A stretch of DNA of 64,000 nt from an uncultured Candidatus Saccharibacteria bacterium (GCA_964447105.1 CAYURH010000001.1:3139-67138); one strand, 5' to 3'; shown: positions 35,194-44,873, counted from the first letter of the stretch. Made by a program: numbers and translations. The notes: generated from the sequence alone by a model not told the origin.

Positions 35194-36354
35194 CTATTTT
35201 TCGTCGCTTGTTTCCTCGATAGCGGCGAGGAGCGAGTCTTCAATATTTTTCTTGGGTTTTGGTTTGCTTGCTGCAGCGTGATCGCCAGCGGCGACAACAG
35301 TGTTCGCGCTACCGTCTGCAGCTTCAATGTCGAGCTCGTACCCAGTCAGACGGCTGGCTAGGCGTACGTTTTGACCGCCACGGCCAATAGCGATACTGAG
35401 TTGGTCTGAAGCTACTTTTACTCGAGCGCGTTTGGCTTCTTCGTCGATGGTAATGCGTTGCACTTCGGCAGGGCTGAGCGCATTGGTAATGAACACGTTG
35501 GGGTCGCTACTGAACGTTACGATATCCACTTTTTCTTGGTCGCCGATTTCGTTCATCACGGCTTGCACACGCGTACCATGACCACCCACAAACGTGCCTA
35601 CTGGGTCTACACCTGGCACAGTGCTGTGTACGGCGATTTTGGTGCGCTTGCCGGCTTCGCGAGCAATAGCTTTGATTTCGACCGCGCCGCTGTCCATTTC
35701 GGGCACTTCTTGGCGGAACAGGTATTCAATAAATGGTTCGTTGGCGCGGCTTAGGATAAGCTGTGGCCCGCGAGTACCGCGTTCGACATCTTTCAAAAAA
35801 ACTTTCACACGTGAGCCAATGCTGTAGTATTCGCCCGGGATCTGTTCGCTTTGCGGGATGATACCGCCGGCTTTGCCCAGTTCCACGCGAACCACACGGG
35901 GCTCGATGCGCTGCACGGTACCAGTGATAACGGTGCCGATTTTGTCGGCGTATTCGTCCATCACTACTTCTCGTTCAGCTTCGCGCAGTTTCTGCAGGAT
36001 TACTTGTTTGGCAGTTTGAGCAGCCACGCGGCCAAACACCGTAGGTTTGTCGGTAATTTCTACGATGTCGCCAACAACAGCGCCTTTTTTGATTTTTTGT
36101 GCGTCAGCCACGCTTATTTCGATGGCGTCGTCGACTACGTCTTCTACCACTTCTTTGCTCACGTAGACAGTGACCGTACCTGAGTTGCCATTTAGTTTGG
36201 CGCGGACTTCTTGTTCGCGGTCACCAAAATCGCGGCGATAGGCAGCAGCGATGGCTTGCTCGATAATTTCGTGCACCACGTCTTCTGGTAAATTTTTTTC
36301 TTCGGCAATTTGGCGAACTGATAGCGCCAATTGTTTGATATTGATATCGTGCAT
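35194..36354 (-). CDS. nusA: transcription termination/antitermination factor NusA
   Basis: N-terminal domain, S1 and KH domains (LSIAIGRGGQNVRLASRLTG), and an AAGGAG RBS. Confidence 0.95.
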   Translation of the reverse strand: MHDINIKQLALSVRQIAEEKNLPEDVVHEIIEQAIAAAYRRDFGDREQEVRAKLNGNSGTVTVYVSKEVVEDVVDDAIEISVADAQKIKKGAVVGDIVEITDKPTVFGRVAAQTAKQVILQKLREAEREVVMDEYADKIGTVITGTVQRIEPRVVRVELGKAGGIIPQSEQIPGEYYSIGSRVKVFLKDVERGTRGPQLILSRANEPFIEYLFRQEVPEMDSGAVEIKAIAREAGKRTKIAVHSTVPGVDPVGTFVGGHGTRVQAVMNEIGDQEKVDIVTFSSDPNVFITNALSPAEVQRITIDEEAKRARVKVASDQLSIAIGRGGQNVRLASRLTGYELDIEAADGSANTVVAAGDHAAASKPKPKKNIEDSLLAAIEETSDEK

Positions 36355-36424
36355 AGATAGTAGCTCCTTTTATGCAAAAATCCGACCTGCCGGCCGGATG
36401 AGTACATATAGATCTTACCAAACC

Positions 36425-37243
36425 CTAATTCGATTGTAAAGTATCCTCTCGACTCGCAGCAAACACCGGTAGCTCACGAGCCAATTTTTCATTACTCCGC
36501 GCTTCGGTCTCGTTAATGTCCATGCGGTGAAAGAGTGTGGCGACACGTTGTGGCATGTTTCTATTTAACCCGATACTTGTGACTGTGCCCGCCACCGCTG
36601 CAACGCCCATGCCTATGAGTGCTATGATTTGCGCATGCGGTAAGTGCTCGATCATAAGTCCGGGCAAACTATCTGGTCGAACTGCGATCCCAATTTCGGC
36701 TCCCAAATTCGCTGCACTCCCGGCCACCAATCCTGCTCGTGCAACGCGCGTGCCTATTTTAACGTGACGTGGATTATTGTAATCGAACTGCGAGGGTTTA
36801 TATCGCCCGGTCGCAAGCTGCTGGATATGCGTTAGCTCATGATACAAGGATCGGTCAACTTGGTCAGCGCTCCAGAGCGACCCGTCGGGGTTACGAACAT
36901 TCAAAGCGAGCACTCGTCTAAAATAAGTCTGATTATTGTTTTCGTCGTCGCTCAAAATAAAACCCTCACGCAATACAGCACCACTCCACAATAAGCCCGT
37001 GTCCTTGCTAGGAACGGGGATGCTATCTCCCAGAACAACCAACGTATTATCGATTTCTTCTTCGTCAATGCCCACCAAACCCATAGCGGCGCGAACGCGC
37101 GCCGCATCAAATGGATACCTCTCCGTAACCTCCACTGAAGGCTCACCATCCCAAATAATATGCAACCCAGGACGTTTATCGGCATCTTCATGCCCTTCTG
37201 GTAGGGCTATCTCCTGACTTGGCGCCAACTCATCGCTACCCAT
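36425..37243 (-). CDS. hypothetical protein with HExxH motif and C-terminal membrane segment
   Basis: LYHELTHIQQLATG (HExxH). C-terminal hydrophobic stretch IIALIGMGVAAVAGTV. Confidence 0.4.
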   Translation of the reverse strand: MGSDELAPSQEIALPEGHEDADKRPGLHIIWDGEPSVEVTERYPFDAARVRAAMGLVGIDEEEIDNTLVVLGDSIPVPSKDTGLLWSGAVLREGFILSDDENNNQTYFRRVLALNVRNPDGSLWSADQVDRSLYHELTHIQQLATGRYKPSQFDYNNPRHVKIGTRVARAGLVAGSAANLGAEIGIAVRPDSLPGLMIEHLPHAQIIALIGMGVAAVAGTVTSIGLNRNMPQRVATLFHRMDINETEARSNEKLARELPVFAASREDTLQSN

Positions 37244-37309
37244 GTTTCGTATTATAGCAACGCCTGCAGAATAATACCTCTAAAGCCCGTAACGTGGGCT
37301 AGCCGGCCC

Positions 37310-38200
37310 CTACCAGGGGCGTGGTGTTCGTACGCCAGACGGGCCGTACCATCGCCGGAAGGCCGCGTGGACAAAATCGTATTGCGCCTCACCCAGCACT
37401 GCACGCGCGTCACCTTCGGGTTGCGTGTAGTAGGTGTGAAAGCATTCCTTAAAAATGCCGACGGTGCCATGTGTCTCCAGCCAGTGCGTGCGCCAGGAAT
37501 CAATCATGGCGAAGCGAAACAGCACCTCGCCGATCTGGTGGATGATCGCCACCTTCACCCGTTCGGCAAACTCTGGTTCGGTGCAGTCGTACGGATCGAC
37601 ACGCAGCATTACCTGAGCCCTGGGCGTGGCATGTTCGCCCGGATGCTGCACGATATGGCTGCGAAGCGAATCGCCGGGCTGCACGCTGACATACGAAATA
37701 CCGGCAAACCTACGCACAAACCGATACGGTAGGTCTACCAAAATTCCCAGCATGACACCGAGCGCTAGATTGCCCCAGTCGTTCGGCACCATGTCGAACC
37801 CGCTGTACACCACAAAAAGCGCCGGCTTGGTGTAGTTCAGGTCGTCGAGGCGTTTCTCGACTTGAGCCAGGTCTTGCTCCAGATCTAGGCGTTCGGCACG
37901 TAGCGATTGGAGCGCCCGTTTGAGCGCTCCAGTCTGATGGCCGAGCGTACGGCTTGCCTCGGCATGTTCGTCGCTCTGCTCCTTGAGTGTGGCACTTTTG
38001 GCAGGATCGCGTTCGAGCTGCGCTTGCACGCTGAGCTCACGCGACGCTTCGGCCAGATCGTCGACTCGAGCTTGGAGCGGATCGATTTCTTGCTGAAGCC
38101 GGCGTTCGACCTCCACCATCTGGGGAGGGAGAGGGCGCATTCGCGCACGACGTCGTTTGAGGTCAACGACTTCGAACATCTGCCCTACCAATCCCTGCAT
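37310..38200 (-). CDS. high-GC hypothetical protein with N-terminal coiled-coil
   Basis: GGAGGTG RBS upstream of MQGLVGQ. High GC3. Confidence 0.45.
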   Translation of the reverse strand: MQGLVGQMFEVVDLKRRRARMRPLPPQMVEVERRLQQEIDPLQARVDDLAEASRELSVQAQLERDPAKSATLKEQSDEHAEASRTLGHQTGALKRALQSLRAERLDLEQDLAQVEKRLDDLNYTKPALFVVYSGFDMVPNDWGNLALGVMLGILVDLPYRFVRRFAGISYVSVQPGDSLRSHIVQHPGEHATPRAQVMLRVDPYDCTEPEFAERVKVAIIHQIGEVLFRFAMIDSWRTHWLETHGTVGIFKECFHTYYTQPEGDARAVLGEAQYDFVHAAFRRWYGPSGVRTPRPW

Positions 38201-38243
38201 GTTCACCTCCACAGTGTCTCGTCTCGGGCAAACCCATCATAGC

Positions 38244-38645
38244 ATGATAGTATGGATGATAATGATCTACATAGACGATGACCAATTCCGCCAAATGGTC
38301 GCAGACGCGATTGATGGCATCCCCGAAAAATATGGCGACAACATCCTAAATCTGGCTTTTGTCGTAGAAAACCACCCCAGCCCCGCCCAACGCGAACAGT
38401 TAAAACTGCGCAACGACCAATCACTATTTGGCCTGTACGAAGGCGTACCGCTGCCACAGCGCGGTGCTGGCTACAACCTAGTTTTGCCCGACAAAATCAC
38501 CGTCTTTCGCGACACAATTCTGCAATACGCACAGGATGAAGACCAAGTGCGCGAACTCCTCAAGCACACGCTATGGCATGAAGTGGCACACTACTACGGC
38601 CTCGACCACCAAGCCATCGACAAATTGCAAGACAAAGATAAATAA
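38244..38645 (+). CDS. zincin-like metallopeptidase family small protein (HExxH near C-terminus)
   Basis: LWHEVAHYYGLDH motif. Size and layout resemble small cytoplasmic Zn-peptidase-like proteins. The start is uncertain (ATGs at 38244, 38256 and 38262). Confidence 0.55.
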   Translation: MIVWMIMIYIDDDQFRQMVADAIDGIPEKYGDNILNLAFVVENHPSPAQREQLKLRNDQSLFGLYEGVPLPQRGAGYNLVLPDKITVFRDTILQYAQDEDQVRELLKHTLWHEVAHYYGLDHQAIDKLQDKDK

Positions 38646-38688
38646 TTATGTTATAATATCCGTGTAGTCCGCTACGAACGGAGTTTTC

Positions 38689-39381
38689 ATGAGCACCGAT
38701 AGCGAACGCGACCGCGCGTTCAAAAAGGCTCGCCGGACCATCGAACGACTCATGGGCGCAGCTGATCTGGACCGGGCCTATTCGCTCGCCAGACTGCTCG
38801 TCGTCAACCACGGCCAGCGCGCACAGTCGTGGTACCTGCTGGCGCTGATCTGCACCATGCAAGACAAGGAGCAGGAAGCGTCGACCACTCGCGACACCGC
38901 TGCGCTCTGTACCGACCACACCCCGTACACCGACGGTGACATGCGGCGCGACGTGCTGCTGGGATGGTTGGACTGGCGCAAGCCGGACCAGCGGTTCTGG
39001 CTGTTGCTCGCGGGCATCCGAAAGCTATGCGAGGGTGGTGACGAAGACCGTTCAAGCTACCTGGCCATGGTGGAGGGGCGGATCCGATACGCTGAAGGCG
39101 ATTTCATCGGCGCGAGCAGCGCCCTGTGGCTCGCCCACAGCAATCTGCAAAACTCGCAGTGGCGGTACGGCACATTGTTGCCGTACCTCAAGGCGCTGAT
39201 CATGGGTGGCACCACCTCACGGATCTTCCTGAACGAACTGTTCATCATGATCGTTGACGGTGCCGCCGAGTACGGCTCGCCGCGTGATATCCAGCGCGCC
39301 CGGCACTGCATACGCGGCAAGAGCGCGTGCAAGCGCGACGACCTGTGGCAGCGTATCACCGGCCGCCTGGGCTGGAACTGA
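38689..39381 (+). CDS. high-GC hypothetical protein
   Basis: 230 aa. Extended -10 (TGTTATAAT) and an ACGGAG RBS. Confidence 0.45.
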   Translation: MSTDSERDRAFKKARRTIERLMGAADLDRAYSLARLLVVNHGQRAQSWYLLALICTMQDKEQEASTTRDTAALCTDHTPYTDGDMRRDVLLGWLDWRKPDQRFWLLLAGIRKLCEGGDEDRSSYLAMVEGRIRYAEGDFIGASSALWLAHSNLQNSQWRYGTLLPYLKALIMGGTTSRIFLNELFIMIVDGAAEYGSPRDIQRARHCIRGKSACKRDDLWQRITGRLGWN

Positions 39382-39433
39382 CGCCGCAACACCCGCCCGC
39401 GCTCACACAGAGCGCGGGCGGGCGACGAAACAC

Positions 39434-39775
39434 TTATCCTATATCTGACACCCACTGGGTGACCTGCGGCGGATTGCCAGTCAGTTCGATAGCGCTCAAA
39501 CGGCAATCACCGTCAGCCGTTTGCGAAGCGCGCCAAAATTCGGCCGCCACGTGCATTTGCTGCAATTTACGCGCCGTGATGTAGTCGAAACCGCTCCCCT
39601 GCGTATCGGTGCTGCGATATTTAACTTCCACCAAATACGTCGTACCTGATTTTTGAGCCACAATGTCTATTTCACACCAGCGTGTGCGCCAGTTTTGCTG
39701 GACGATTTTGTAACCTTGTTTTTTGAGGTAATGCGCTGCTGCCGTTTCGGCCGCACGACCGACAAGTGTGCTCAC
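39434..39775 (-). CDS. YraN-family endonuclease (UPF0102)
   Basis: 113 aa. GRAAETAAAHYLKKQGYKIVQQNWRTRWCEIDIV is typical of the YraN family. Confidence 0.75.
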   Translation of the reverse strand: MSTLVGRAAETAAAHYLKKQGYKIVQQNWRTRWCEIDIVAQKSGTTYLVEVKYRSTDTQGSGFDYITARKLQQMHVAAEFWRASQTADGDCRLSAIELTGNPPQVTQWVSDIG

Positions 39776-40332
39776 TGTGCCAGGGCCCTAAGCGGCGCGT
39801 AGCTCATGCGGTGCTGCAAACACGGACCCAGAGTCGCCAATGCCGCTTTGTGCACCGCCGTGCCATAGCCCACATGGCTGGCAAACCCGTAGCCACCAAA
39901 CACACCATCAATCTGATGCATATAGCTATCGCGCGCCACTTTAGCCACAATACTGGCGGCCATTACTGCGGGCACGTTGGTGTCGGCTTTGATGACAGCC
40001 ACGGCGCGCGGGTCTTCAATGAGTTTTAGGTGGCCATCGATGATAATTGCCGTAATAAGTTCATTTGGTATCTGCGCGAGTGCGCGCTCGGCTGATAGTT
40101 TAAGGGCTTTTGTAACGCCCAGCTGATCGATCTCAGTGGGCGATGCCCACCCTATGCCAATCGCTTCGGCTTGTTGCTGAATCTTCAATGCCATAACTTC
40201 TCGCTGTTCTGCTCGCAACACCTTGCTATCGGCCAGCCCGCGCCTCGATGCACTGTCGCCCCAAGCTACCGCCGCCACGCACAGTGGTCCAGCCCAACTA
40301 CCGCGCCCAACTTCATCTATCCCCACAATCAT
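39772..40332 (-). CDS. rnhB: ribonuclease HII
   Basis: MIVGIDEVGRGSWAGPL, with start at the internal ATG (40330-40332). The yraN-rnhB adjacency is conserved. Confidence 0.9.
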   Translation of the reverse strand: MIVGIDEVGRGSWAGPLCVAAVAWGDSASRRGLADSKVLRAEQREVMALKIQQQAEAIGIGWASPTEIDQLGVTKALKLSAERALAQIPNELITAIIIDGHLKLIEDPRAVAVIKADTNVPAVMAASIVAKVARDSYMHQIDGVFGGYGFASHVGYGTAVHKAALATLGPCLQHRMSYAPLRALAQ

Positions 40333-40474
40333 ATGGATAGTATAGCAAATAGTAGGTATGATAATGATATTTCTTGCGAGGTTACGGGCCGTTGGGACCG
40401 GGCCTCGCACTCTCAGAAAAATAATCACTTCTTTGGTGGGGTCCGCCTGCGCGAGCCCCACCGTCACGTCGCTA

Positions 40475-40867
40475 CTACTCGGCCTCGTCCTTGGCGGGCA
40501 AAGGGTACAGCTGCCGGAACGAGCTGTATGTGGGGTTTATGCCACGTAGTTTGGGCGGTATGACGTGCCCGACGAACGAACGGCCATACCCCGAGTACGA
40601 CACGAAGCTGAGTCCTTGCGCGCAAAAGTCAAAGATCAGCAGTTCGTTTTCGCCGATATACAGCGTGAACTCGCCGTCGCCATGGGGCAAATACAGTGTG
40701 CCCACGCCAGTAGGCCACCCCAGATGTTCCAGGGTATCCATCACTTCTCTGTCGAATTTGGCGTTTACTTCGGCGCCGTGGAACCGCCGCAACGCCGTTT
40801 CGGCGACTTTACAGAGCACCGCACCCGCAACCACCAATCCGGCCACGGTGAACAGCGTTTTCTTCAT
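40475..40867 (-). CDS. secreted hypothetical protein
   Basis: Signal peptide MKKTLFTVAGLVVAGAVLC. Confidence 0.4.
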   Translation of the reverse strand: MKKTLFTVAGLVVAGAVLCKVAETALRRFHGAEVNAKFDREVMDTLEHLGWPTGVGTLYLPHGDGEFTLYIGENELLIFDFCAQGLSFVSYSGYGRSFVGHVIPPKLRGINPTYSSFRQLYPLPAKDEAE

Positions 40868-40973
40868 GTTCACGACAGAACCTCCCGATTGTCGTCGCGA
40901 CACTACTGACTATAGACCACCCGCGCAAACAAAAACAGCCGCAGATCACGCGGCTGTTTGAGTGGAACGACGG

Positions 40974-41462
40974 TTATTTTTTGTCGCCAGCTGCCGCTTT
41001 GAGCTCGGCAGCTTCTTCTTTGGCGTATTGGTCGTGTTTTTCGGCCAAATCTTCTTTGAGCTGTTCGATTTCTTCTTCGGCAGCTTTGTTGGCGCGGTTT
41101 ACTTTGTCGCGGTCAAAACCCACGCTCTGCAGGCGAGCGGATTTACCACTGCGTTCACGCAAGAAGGTAAGATATTTGCGGCGGACTTTGCTCCGTTTGG
41201 TCACTTCTACTTTAAGTACCAACGGGCTGTGGATCAGATAGGTTTTTTCCACGCCTACACCGCTGGCGATACGGCGAACCGTAAAGCTACTGGTGTGGCT
41301 ATTTTTGCGATCGGTGCGGATAACGACACCTTCGAAGATCTGGATGCGTTCTTTGTTGCCTTCTTTAATTTTTTGGTGCACACGAACAGTGTCACCGGTA
41401 CGCACGTCGACAACTTTGGTTTTGCGCTGCGCATCAGCGACAGCTTGGATCAAATGAAACAT
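40974..41462 (-). CDS. rplS: 50S ribosomal protein L19 with ~45-aa K/E-rich C-terminal extension
   Basis: RTGDTVRVHQKIKEGNKERIQIFEGVVI is the L19 core. The 162-aa length exceeds the typical roughly 115 aa. Confidence 0.9.
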   Translation of the reverse strand: MFHLIQAVADAQRKTKVVDVRTGDTVRVHQKIKEGNKERIQIFEGVVIRTDRKNSHTSSFTVRRIASGVGVEKTYLIHSPLVLKVEVTKRSKVRRKYLTFLRERSGKSARLQSVGFDRDKVNRANKAAEEEIEQLKEDLAEKHDQYAKEEAAELKAAAGDKK

Positions 41463-41542
41463 GATACTCTAGACTCACTTTTTAACAATTACGATAATTG
41501 TAACACATCTGTTGCGCAAAGAAAAGTGGTAGAATAAACGTA

Positions 41543-41971
41543 ATGACCGCGCTCAACCACGCCCTCACTGGCGCTGCGATCGGCATGGCCGTGCAGCAAC
41601 CGCTACTAGTGATCCCGCTGGCGTTTGTGTCGCATTTTGTGCTGGATATCGTGCCGCATTTTGAACAGAAAAACTATACATTTGGCACCAAAAGCACCAT
41701 CATCACCCATGTCGTCGATGGGCTCCTTACACTCAGTGCGCTCGTGTTTCTAGGGTTTTTTGCGCCGCATCTTATGTTCCCCGCAGTACTTGGCGCGATA
41801 TTTGCCATGCTACCAGATGCGTTTTGGCTCCACTACTATACCCACGGGCGGCCTCAATATTGGTTTTATCGCTTTCATCAGAAAATCCAGTGGTTTGAAC
41901 GACCGCAGGGCATGTTGGTCGAAGTGAGTTACCTGGTATTTATTGGATTTGTAATCACGGCAATTCGGTGA
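41543..41971 (+). CDS. small polytopic membrane protein
   Basis: 142 aa with 4 TM helices. Confidence 0.45.
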   Translation: MTALNHALTGAAIGMAVQQPLLVIPLAFVSHFVLDIVPHFEQKNYTFGTKSTIITHVVDGLLTLSALVFLGFFAPHLMFPAVLGAIFAMLPDAFWLHYYTHGRPQYWFYRFHQKIQWFERPQGMLVEVSYLVFIGFVITAIR

Positions 41972-42086
41972 TAACTACTTGTTATATTACATAATATATG
42001 ATATAGTATGTTAGCCGCACGGTGATTTGTATCGTGCGGTTTCGACAGAGCAATTTTCGAGCAACATCGAACACAGGGAGCTTCCC

Positions 42087-42575
42087 TTGACTATCGAATA
42101 TCCGCTGGGGATCGGGCTGTTGACCGTTGAAGGCAACGGCACCATCATCATCGGCAACTGGATGGCCGACCCCGACGGGCACCTCTCGGTACCCCGGTAC
42201 CACGGCCTGAGGTCCGAACGGGACCTCCCGCTGGCGCAGCGCACGACATGGCGCTGCGCCTCCAACCGCGATCTGGTTAAGGCCGCCGTGGAATCGGCAG
42301 GCAAAGACCAGCCGGTCATCGTGCACCTGGGCGAAGACACCTTCGCTATCCTGTGCACGGACTCGTATTCCATCCGCGCTCACCACCTGACGCCCGCCAG
42401 GGTCAAGCAGGGGGTCATCGTGGATGGTCTCGTGATCGAAGTCGACGTAAAGGTCTCGGATGACATGCTGCGGGCTATCCCGCCATTCTCCGAGATCCAC
42501 GTCCACTCCAGCAACAAGTGGCTCGGTGCCATCGCGGCCGAAGTCAAGCCGTCCAAGGCCGAATCGGCCCACTGA
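42087..42575 (+). CDS. high-GC hypothetical protein (TTG start inferred)
   Basis: ACAGGGAG RBS upstream of a TTG. A GC-rich hairpin terminator follows. Confidence 0.4.
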   Translation: MTIEYPLGIGLLTVEGNGTIIIGNWMADPDGHLSVPRYHGLRSERDLPLAQRTTWRCASNRDLVKAAVESAGKDQPVIVHLGEDTFAILCTDSYSIRAHHLTPARVKQGVIVDGLVIEVDVKVSDDMLRAIPPFSEIHVHSSNKWLGAIAAEVKPSKAESAH

Positions 42576-42581
42576 CACCAA

Positions 42582-42616
42582 CACCGCGGGGTGGCCATCA
42601 CGGCCGCCCCGCGGTG
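42582..42616 (+). terminator. GC-rich hairpin terminator without U-tract
   Basis: CACCGCGGGG-N15-CCCCGCGGTG, a perfect 10-bp stem. Confidence 0.45.
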
Positions 42617-42733
42617 CCGCCGATATTGCTCTGTCGGTAACTGAAATTATTATAAAATACTTACCAAACAATATTGTATTTTAATCGCAAATAGTCTATG
42701 GTGGCTGCAGCGCACATACAAAGGAGGTACCTG

Positions 42734-43144
42734 GTGAGTGAAGCAAGCTGCTTCGAACTCTCAGAAGATGGTCGTACCATCGATATCTTCGGATGGAAAG
42801 GCCACGTCCACTCGAGCGCACGGCTGAATGTGGAAATCCGCGACGCCGTGGCAGCTGGACTCCACTCTGTTGAGAAGCCCGGTGGCGACCTACGATTCGT
42901 TGTGGCGCCTGCCGATGCCGCACAGATGTTCGACTGCGGGTTCCTCAACCCGAAGAACCTGGCGCGCGCCACCCCGTTCGTTCAGGGTGATGTCCGCGGC
43001 TTCGACATCGCCCTGAACTCCAGCGACGAACTCGATCCGCTAGCCCGTAGCTGGCCGAGCTACGGCCTGACCACCATTCGTGTGATCAGCCACGGCAAAG
43101 GCCGGATGGTCGAGGTCATCGAATCGGCGGCAGGAGCCGCCTAG
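42734..43144 (+). CDS. high-GC hypothetical protein
   Basis: AAGGAGG RBS followed by a GTG start. Promoter TTGTAT-17 nt-TATGGT upstream. Confidence 0.45.
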   Translation: MSEASCFELSEDGRTIDIFGWKGHVHSSARLNVEIRDAVAAGLHSVEKPGGDLRFVVAPADAAQMFDCGFLNPKNLARATPFVQGDVRGFDIALNSSDELDPLARSWPSYGLTTIRVISHGKGRMVEVIESAAGAA

Positions 43145-43152
43145 CGCACTTT

Positions 43153-43187
43153 CACCGAGCGGGTGGGCACACACCGCCCGCTCGGTG
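43153..43187. terminator. bidirectional GC-rich hairpin
   Basis: CACCGAGCGGG-N13-CCCGCTCGGTG between convergent genes. Confidence 0.5.
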
Positions 43188-43190
43188 GAG

Positions 43191-44813
43191 CTAAATGACT
43201 TTATTAACTTCTTCTATAGTAGTCAGACCTTGGCAAGCTTTGAGTACGCCATCTTGGAGCATGGTAACCATGCCTTCTTTAATGGCCGTTTGTTCAATAG
43301 CTTCAACATTGGCATGTGCCACATCGCCGCGCAAAAATCCCTGGATGGCGTCGCTAACGACCATTTGTTCCATGACCACCATACGGCCTTTGTAGCCGAA
43401 TGGATTGGCTTCACTCGCACCGGGTTTGTATAATGTCAGATTTTGGAGATCGGGCTTGGGGGTATTCGGAGGGAGCGTGTTTAACACCGATTCGATGTAC
43501 TTTTTGGTGGCATCGTCGGGCTGGTACGGTTGGCGTGTGGCTTCGTCGAGCTGACGCACAAGACGCTGGCCAATCACCAACCGGATAGCGCTCGAAAATA
43601 TCGGATTCTGCCCAATCATATCTATAATGCGGCTAAAGGCTGCGGCTGCGCTGCTAGCGTGAAATGTGCTCAGCACCAGGTGACCGGTAATAGAAGCCTG
43701 GATGGCAGTACGCGCCGTGTCTACATCGCGGATTTCACCCACCATCACGATGTCAGGGTCGAGTCGCAGCACAGCCCGCAGCTTTTCGGCAAAACTATCA
43801 CCACCTTGAGTATTCACCGGAATCTGGCTCACACCAGGCACGGCCAACTCTACAGGGTCTTCGAGCGTCAAGATTTTGCGATCACTGGTATTGAGCGTTT
43901 GAATCATACTATAGAGCGTGGTGGATTTGCCCGAACCAGTGGGGCCCACTACCATTACCATGCCGTGCGGGTGTTCGATAATGTCGTTGATGTTGCGGCG
44001 CTGTTGTTCGGTGAGGCCCAGGTGGTCAAGGTCAAGAAGCTTGGGGTCGAAATTGAACAGGCGGATCACTACATCCTGCCCGTAGATCGTCGGCACAGTT
44101 TCTATGCGCATGTTCAGCATATGGTTCGTGCCGTCATCAGCACGGACATCTTGTTGCATGTGGCCAGTTTGAGCATCGGTAGCCGCAGTACTGATGTTGC
44201 CGCGCGTCGCGATACTGGCTAGCAACACACGATATTTATCTTTGGACAGCGCGGCCACGGGGTGCAGCGCACCGTCTACGCGAAACCTGATACGCACCGT
44301 GTCGAGCTGACTTTCCAGGTGGATGTCGCTGGCGCCCAGATGGTCGGCTTGGATGATAAGGTAGTTTAAAATGTCGTCGGAGCGTACGCCTTCGAGCGTT
44401 TGCGACACTACGGCGAGTGTTTGGCTATCACCTTCTTTGGCAATCTGCACGTCTTTGTACACTACTTTTTTGGGCGGGTCATAGCGCGACATGTATTCTT
44501 TGAAGCCCGAATCCGAGATCATGAGAAACTGCACAATCCGACCCACAAACCGCTCGCGTAGCTGGCGCAGCGTAGGTTGCGGCGTGCTGACAGTAATCCC
44601 AAACACGAGCGGCGCGTCTTGAAGCCCATCGCTCAGTGGCACCATTTTGCCAGCGTACATTTCGGGCACCGTCAAGATATCTTGGTATAACGGGCCGCGC
44701 AGTGCCACGTCACGCGTATCAAAATACTGCAGCCCCAACAAGCCTGCGCGGCGCTGGGTGTTCTGTTCATCTTCGTTACGAAACTTAGCGGTCTGATCTT
44801 GGATGGCCGGCAT
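43191..44813 (-). CDS. type IV pilus assembly / type II secretion ATPase (PilB/GspE family)
   Basis: Walker A GPTGSGKST, Asp box, His box, and a GspE N-terminal domain. Confidence 0.85.
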   Translation of the reverse strand: MPAIQDQTAKFRNEDEQNTQRRAGLLGLQYFDTRDVALRGPLYQDILTVPEMYAGKMVPLSDGLQDAPLVFGITVSTPQPTLRQLRERFVGRIVQFLMISDSGFKEYMSRYDPPKKVVYKDVQIAKEGDSQTLAVVSQTLEGVRSDDILNYLIIQADHLGASDIHLESQLDTVRIRFRVDGALHPVAALSKDKYRVLLASIATRGNISTAATDAQTGHMQQDVRADDGTNHMLNMRIETVPTIYGQDVVIRLFNFDPKLLDLDHLGLTEQQRRNINDIIEHPHGMVMVVGPTGSGKSTTLYSMIQTLNTSDRKILTLEDPVELAVPGVSQIPVNTQGGDSFAEKLRAVLRLDPDIVMVGEIRDVDTARTAIQASITGHLVLSTFHASSAAAAFSRIIDMIGQNPIFSSAIRLVIGQRLVRQLDEATRQPYQPDDATKKYIESVLNTLPPNTPKPDLQNLTLYKPGASEANPFGYKGRMVVMEQMVVSDAIQGFLRGDVAHANVEAIEQTAIKEGMVTMLQDGVLKACQGLTTIEEVNKVI

Positions 44814-44873
44814 ATATACAATTGTAAACCATAAGAGATATAAGCTGCTAGGGCCTGATGATATAATTAACCT

